A stretch of 64,000 nt of DNA from an uncultured Chloroflexia bacterium (lineage in GTDB: Bacteria; Chloroflexota; Anaerolineae; Anaerolineales; DRKV01). Position 1 is the stretch's first letter. Each line of letters starts with the position of its first letter. Both the position numbers and the translations under genes were made by a program. The stretch lies in the NCBI GenBank assembly GCA_963824065.1, contig CAWGNX010000002.1:43243-107242 (forward strand), given 5' to 3'. Positions 63,061 through 64,000 of the stretch are shown here, piece after piece. The notes beneath the pieces are model-generated. The model was not told where the DNA came from and searched no databases. It saw only the letters and a program-made list of their open reading frames with translations.

Positions 63061-64000
63061 ATGCTGGCTGAATCAGATCGTTACGATCCAGCTCCCGTCA
63101 CTCGCCTGCGGGAGGGTTTGAAAACCGAAGCCGAGGCGGGATTTTCGGGGGCCATGCGCGTCCAGCAGCAGGAGGCGCATCTCATTGAGGCTGCCGTTGG
63201 ATCCATCCGCGGTGTCGCGATGACGGTGGCAACGCGGTTTTGGATTGCATCCATCGGGAAACAATTTGCGAGTGCGGCGCTTTTCGCCTGTCACGACGAG
63301 CGGCTGGTGGATATTGATGGTCCGATCGCGCGCTACGTGCCCTTTGTGCCGGCAGACAAACAGGCAATTACCCTGCGGCAGCTCCTGGCGCACCTGTCCG
63401 GACTGCCGCAGAGTTATGTCTCAGAAAACGCGGCAAACCGGGCCGATGCCATCACAAGCATTCTTAATCAGCCCCTGGCAGCCCCGCCGGGAACGCGCTT
63501 CATTTATTCAAACGACAATTATCAGCTGGCTGCAGCGATTGTGGAGATCATCACCCGGCAATCCTACCGGACGTTCGTCAGGACCGAGCTGCTCAGCCGG
63601 GCGGGCTTACAAGATACAGATCTCGTGCACCCCGGGCAGGATGCAGGTATTGCTCCGAGCCTTGACAAGCTCCCCAAACGATTAACATCGCTGCAGTGGG
63701 GGCAGCAGGGTTGGTATTCAACCGCTGGCGATTTAGCCACCTGGTATCAGGCGCTCCGTTCGGGCAAAATCCTTTCTGCAGCGAGTCTCACCGAGATGTT
63801 CAGACCCATGGTTGCCATTCAGGAAGGCAGCGCCACCCCTGGCTGGTTTGTCGGGCAGACATCCCGCGGCGAACCGCGAATTTTTGTGCGCGGGAATGAG
63901 GACTTTGGCGCCAATGGCTTGCTGTACGCGTACCCCAGGCAGGGTTTCGTGGTGGCAATCCTCACCCATGCTGGCTACAAGGACTCCGAGCTTACTGATC
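63061..64000 (+). CDS. serine hydrolase (class C beta-lactamase/PBP4*-like family), 3' end beyond window
   Basis: The frame is open from ATG 63061 to the window edge, so it is absent from the track. It has FWIASIGKQF (S-x-x-K), YSNDNY (Y-x-N), and a later HAGY stretch that may correspond to the third beta-lactamase motif, in the usual order. Confidence 0.8.
   Translation, partial: MLAESDRYDPAPVTRLREGLKTEAEAGFSGAMRVQQQEAHLIEAAVGSIRGVAMTVATRFWIASIGKQFASAALFACHDERLVDIDGPIARYVPFVPADKQAITLRQLLAHLSGLPQSYVSENAANRADAITSILNQPLAAPPGTRFIYSNDNYQLAAAIVEIITRQSYRTFVRTELLSRAGLQDTDLVHPGQDAGIAPSLDKLPKRLTSLQWGQQGWYSTAGDLATWYQALRSGKILSAASLTEMFRPMVAIQEGSATPGWFVGQTSRGEPRIFVRGNEDFGANGLLYAYPRQGFVVAILTHAGYKDSELTD

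Overview
This is a gene-dense, high-GC bacterial chromosomal segment. Hand counts of single 60-nt lines give 44/60 G+C at 1921-1980, against 22/60 at 15421-15480 and 24/60 at 43621-43680 inside two AT-richer islands. I support about 65 protein-coding genes. I recognised no rRNA, tRNA, CRISPR array, transposase, integrase or classical defence gene. The gene content fits a Chloroflexota-like (Anaerolineae/Caldilineae-type) organism, but that is inference only.

Main themes:
1. Cell-envelope glycosylation is heavily represented: galE, a Ppm1-like polyprenyl-phosphate-mannose synthase, two GT2 enzymes, and seven polytopic YfhO-, ArnT/PMT-, PIG-V- or GT87-like membrane proteins. Five of these genes sit in an AT-richer island at about 12.4-17.9 kb.
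2. Many exported proteins and lipoproteins carry Pro/Thr-rich linkers.
3. One minus-strand block (46570-54112) holds two phosphodiester-glycosidase/SH3b paralogues, a CAP-domain lipoprotein and an ECF sigma/anti-sigma pair.
4. The remaining genes are scattered housekeeping functions: glycerate kinase, penicillin acylase, M32 carboxypeptidase, RidA, DinB-family, GNATs, USP and an AlkZ-like glycosylase.

The most unusual item is a two-gene cassette present twice (40371-42107 on the minus strand, 59163-60516 on the plus strand). Each copy encodes a fibre-like exported protein followed by a ~95-aa exported partner with a conserved C-terminal F-x-V-F-x-P-[LV]-I-[RK]-R motif. I do not recognise either family as characterised.

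Other second-look items:
- An orphan T4-gp19-like tail-tube gene whose frame runs into the N-terminus of the M32 peptidase.
- An unannotated orphan Flp pilin.
- A 10-copy 12-bp tandem repeat.
- A promoter/terminator-bracketed non-coding unit of about 290 nt.
- A perfect GAAC-N4-GTTC palindrome.
- Two in-frame stop codons.

Important caveat: at least 14 reading-frame breaks occur, several of them at homopolymer runs (others lie in short mixed G/C stretches). This points to indel errors in the assembly rather than real pseudogenes.
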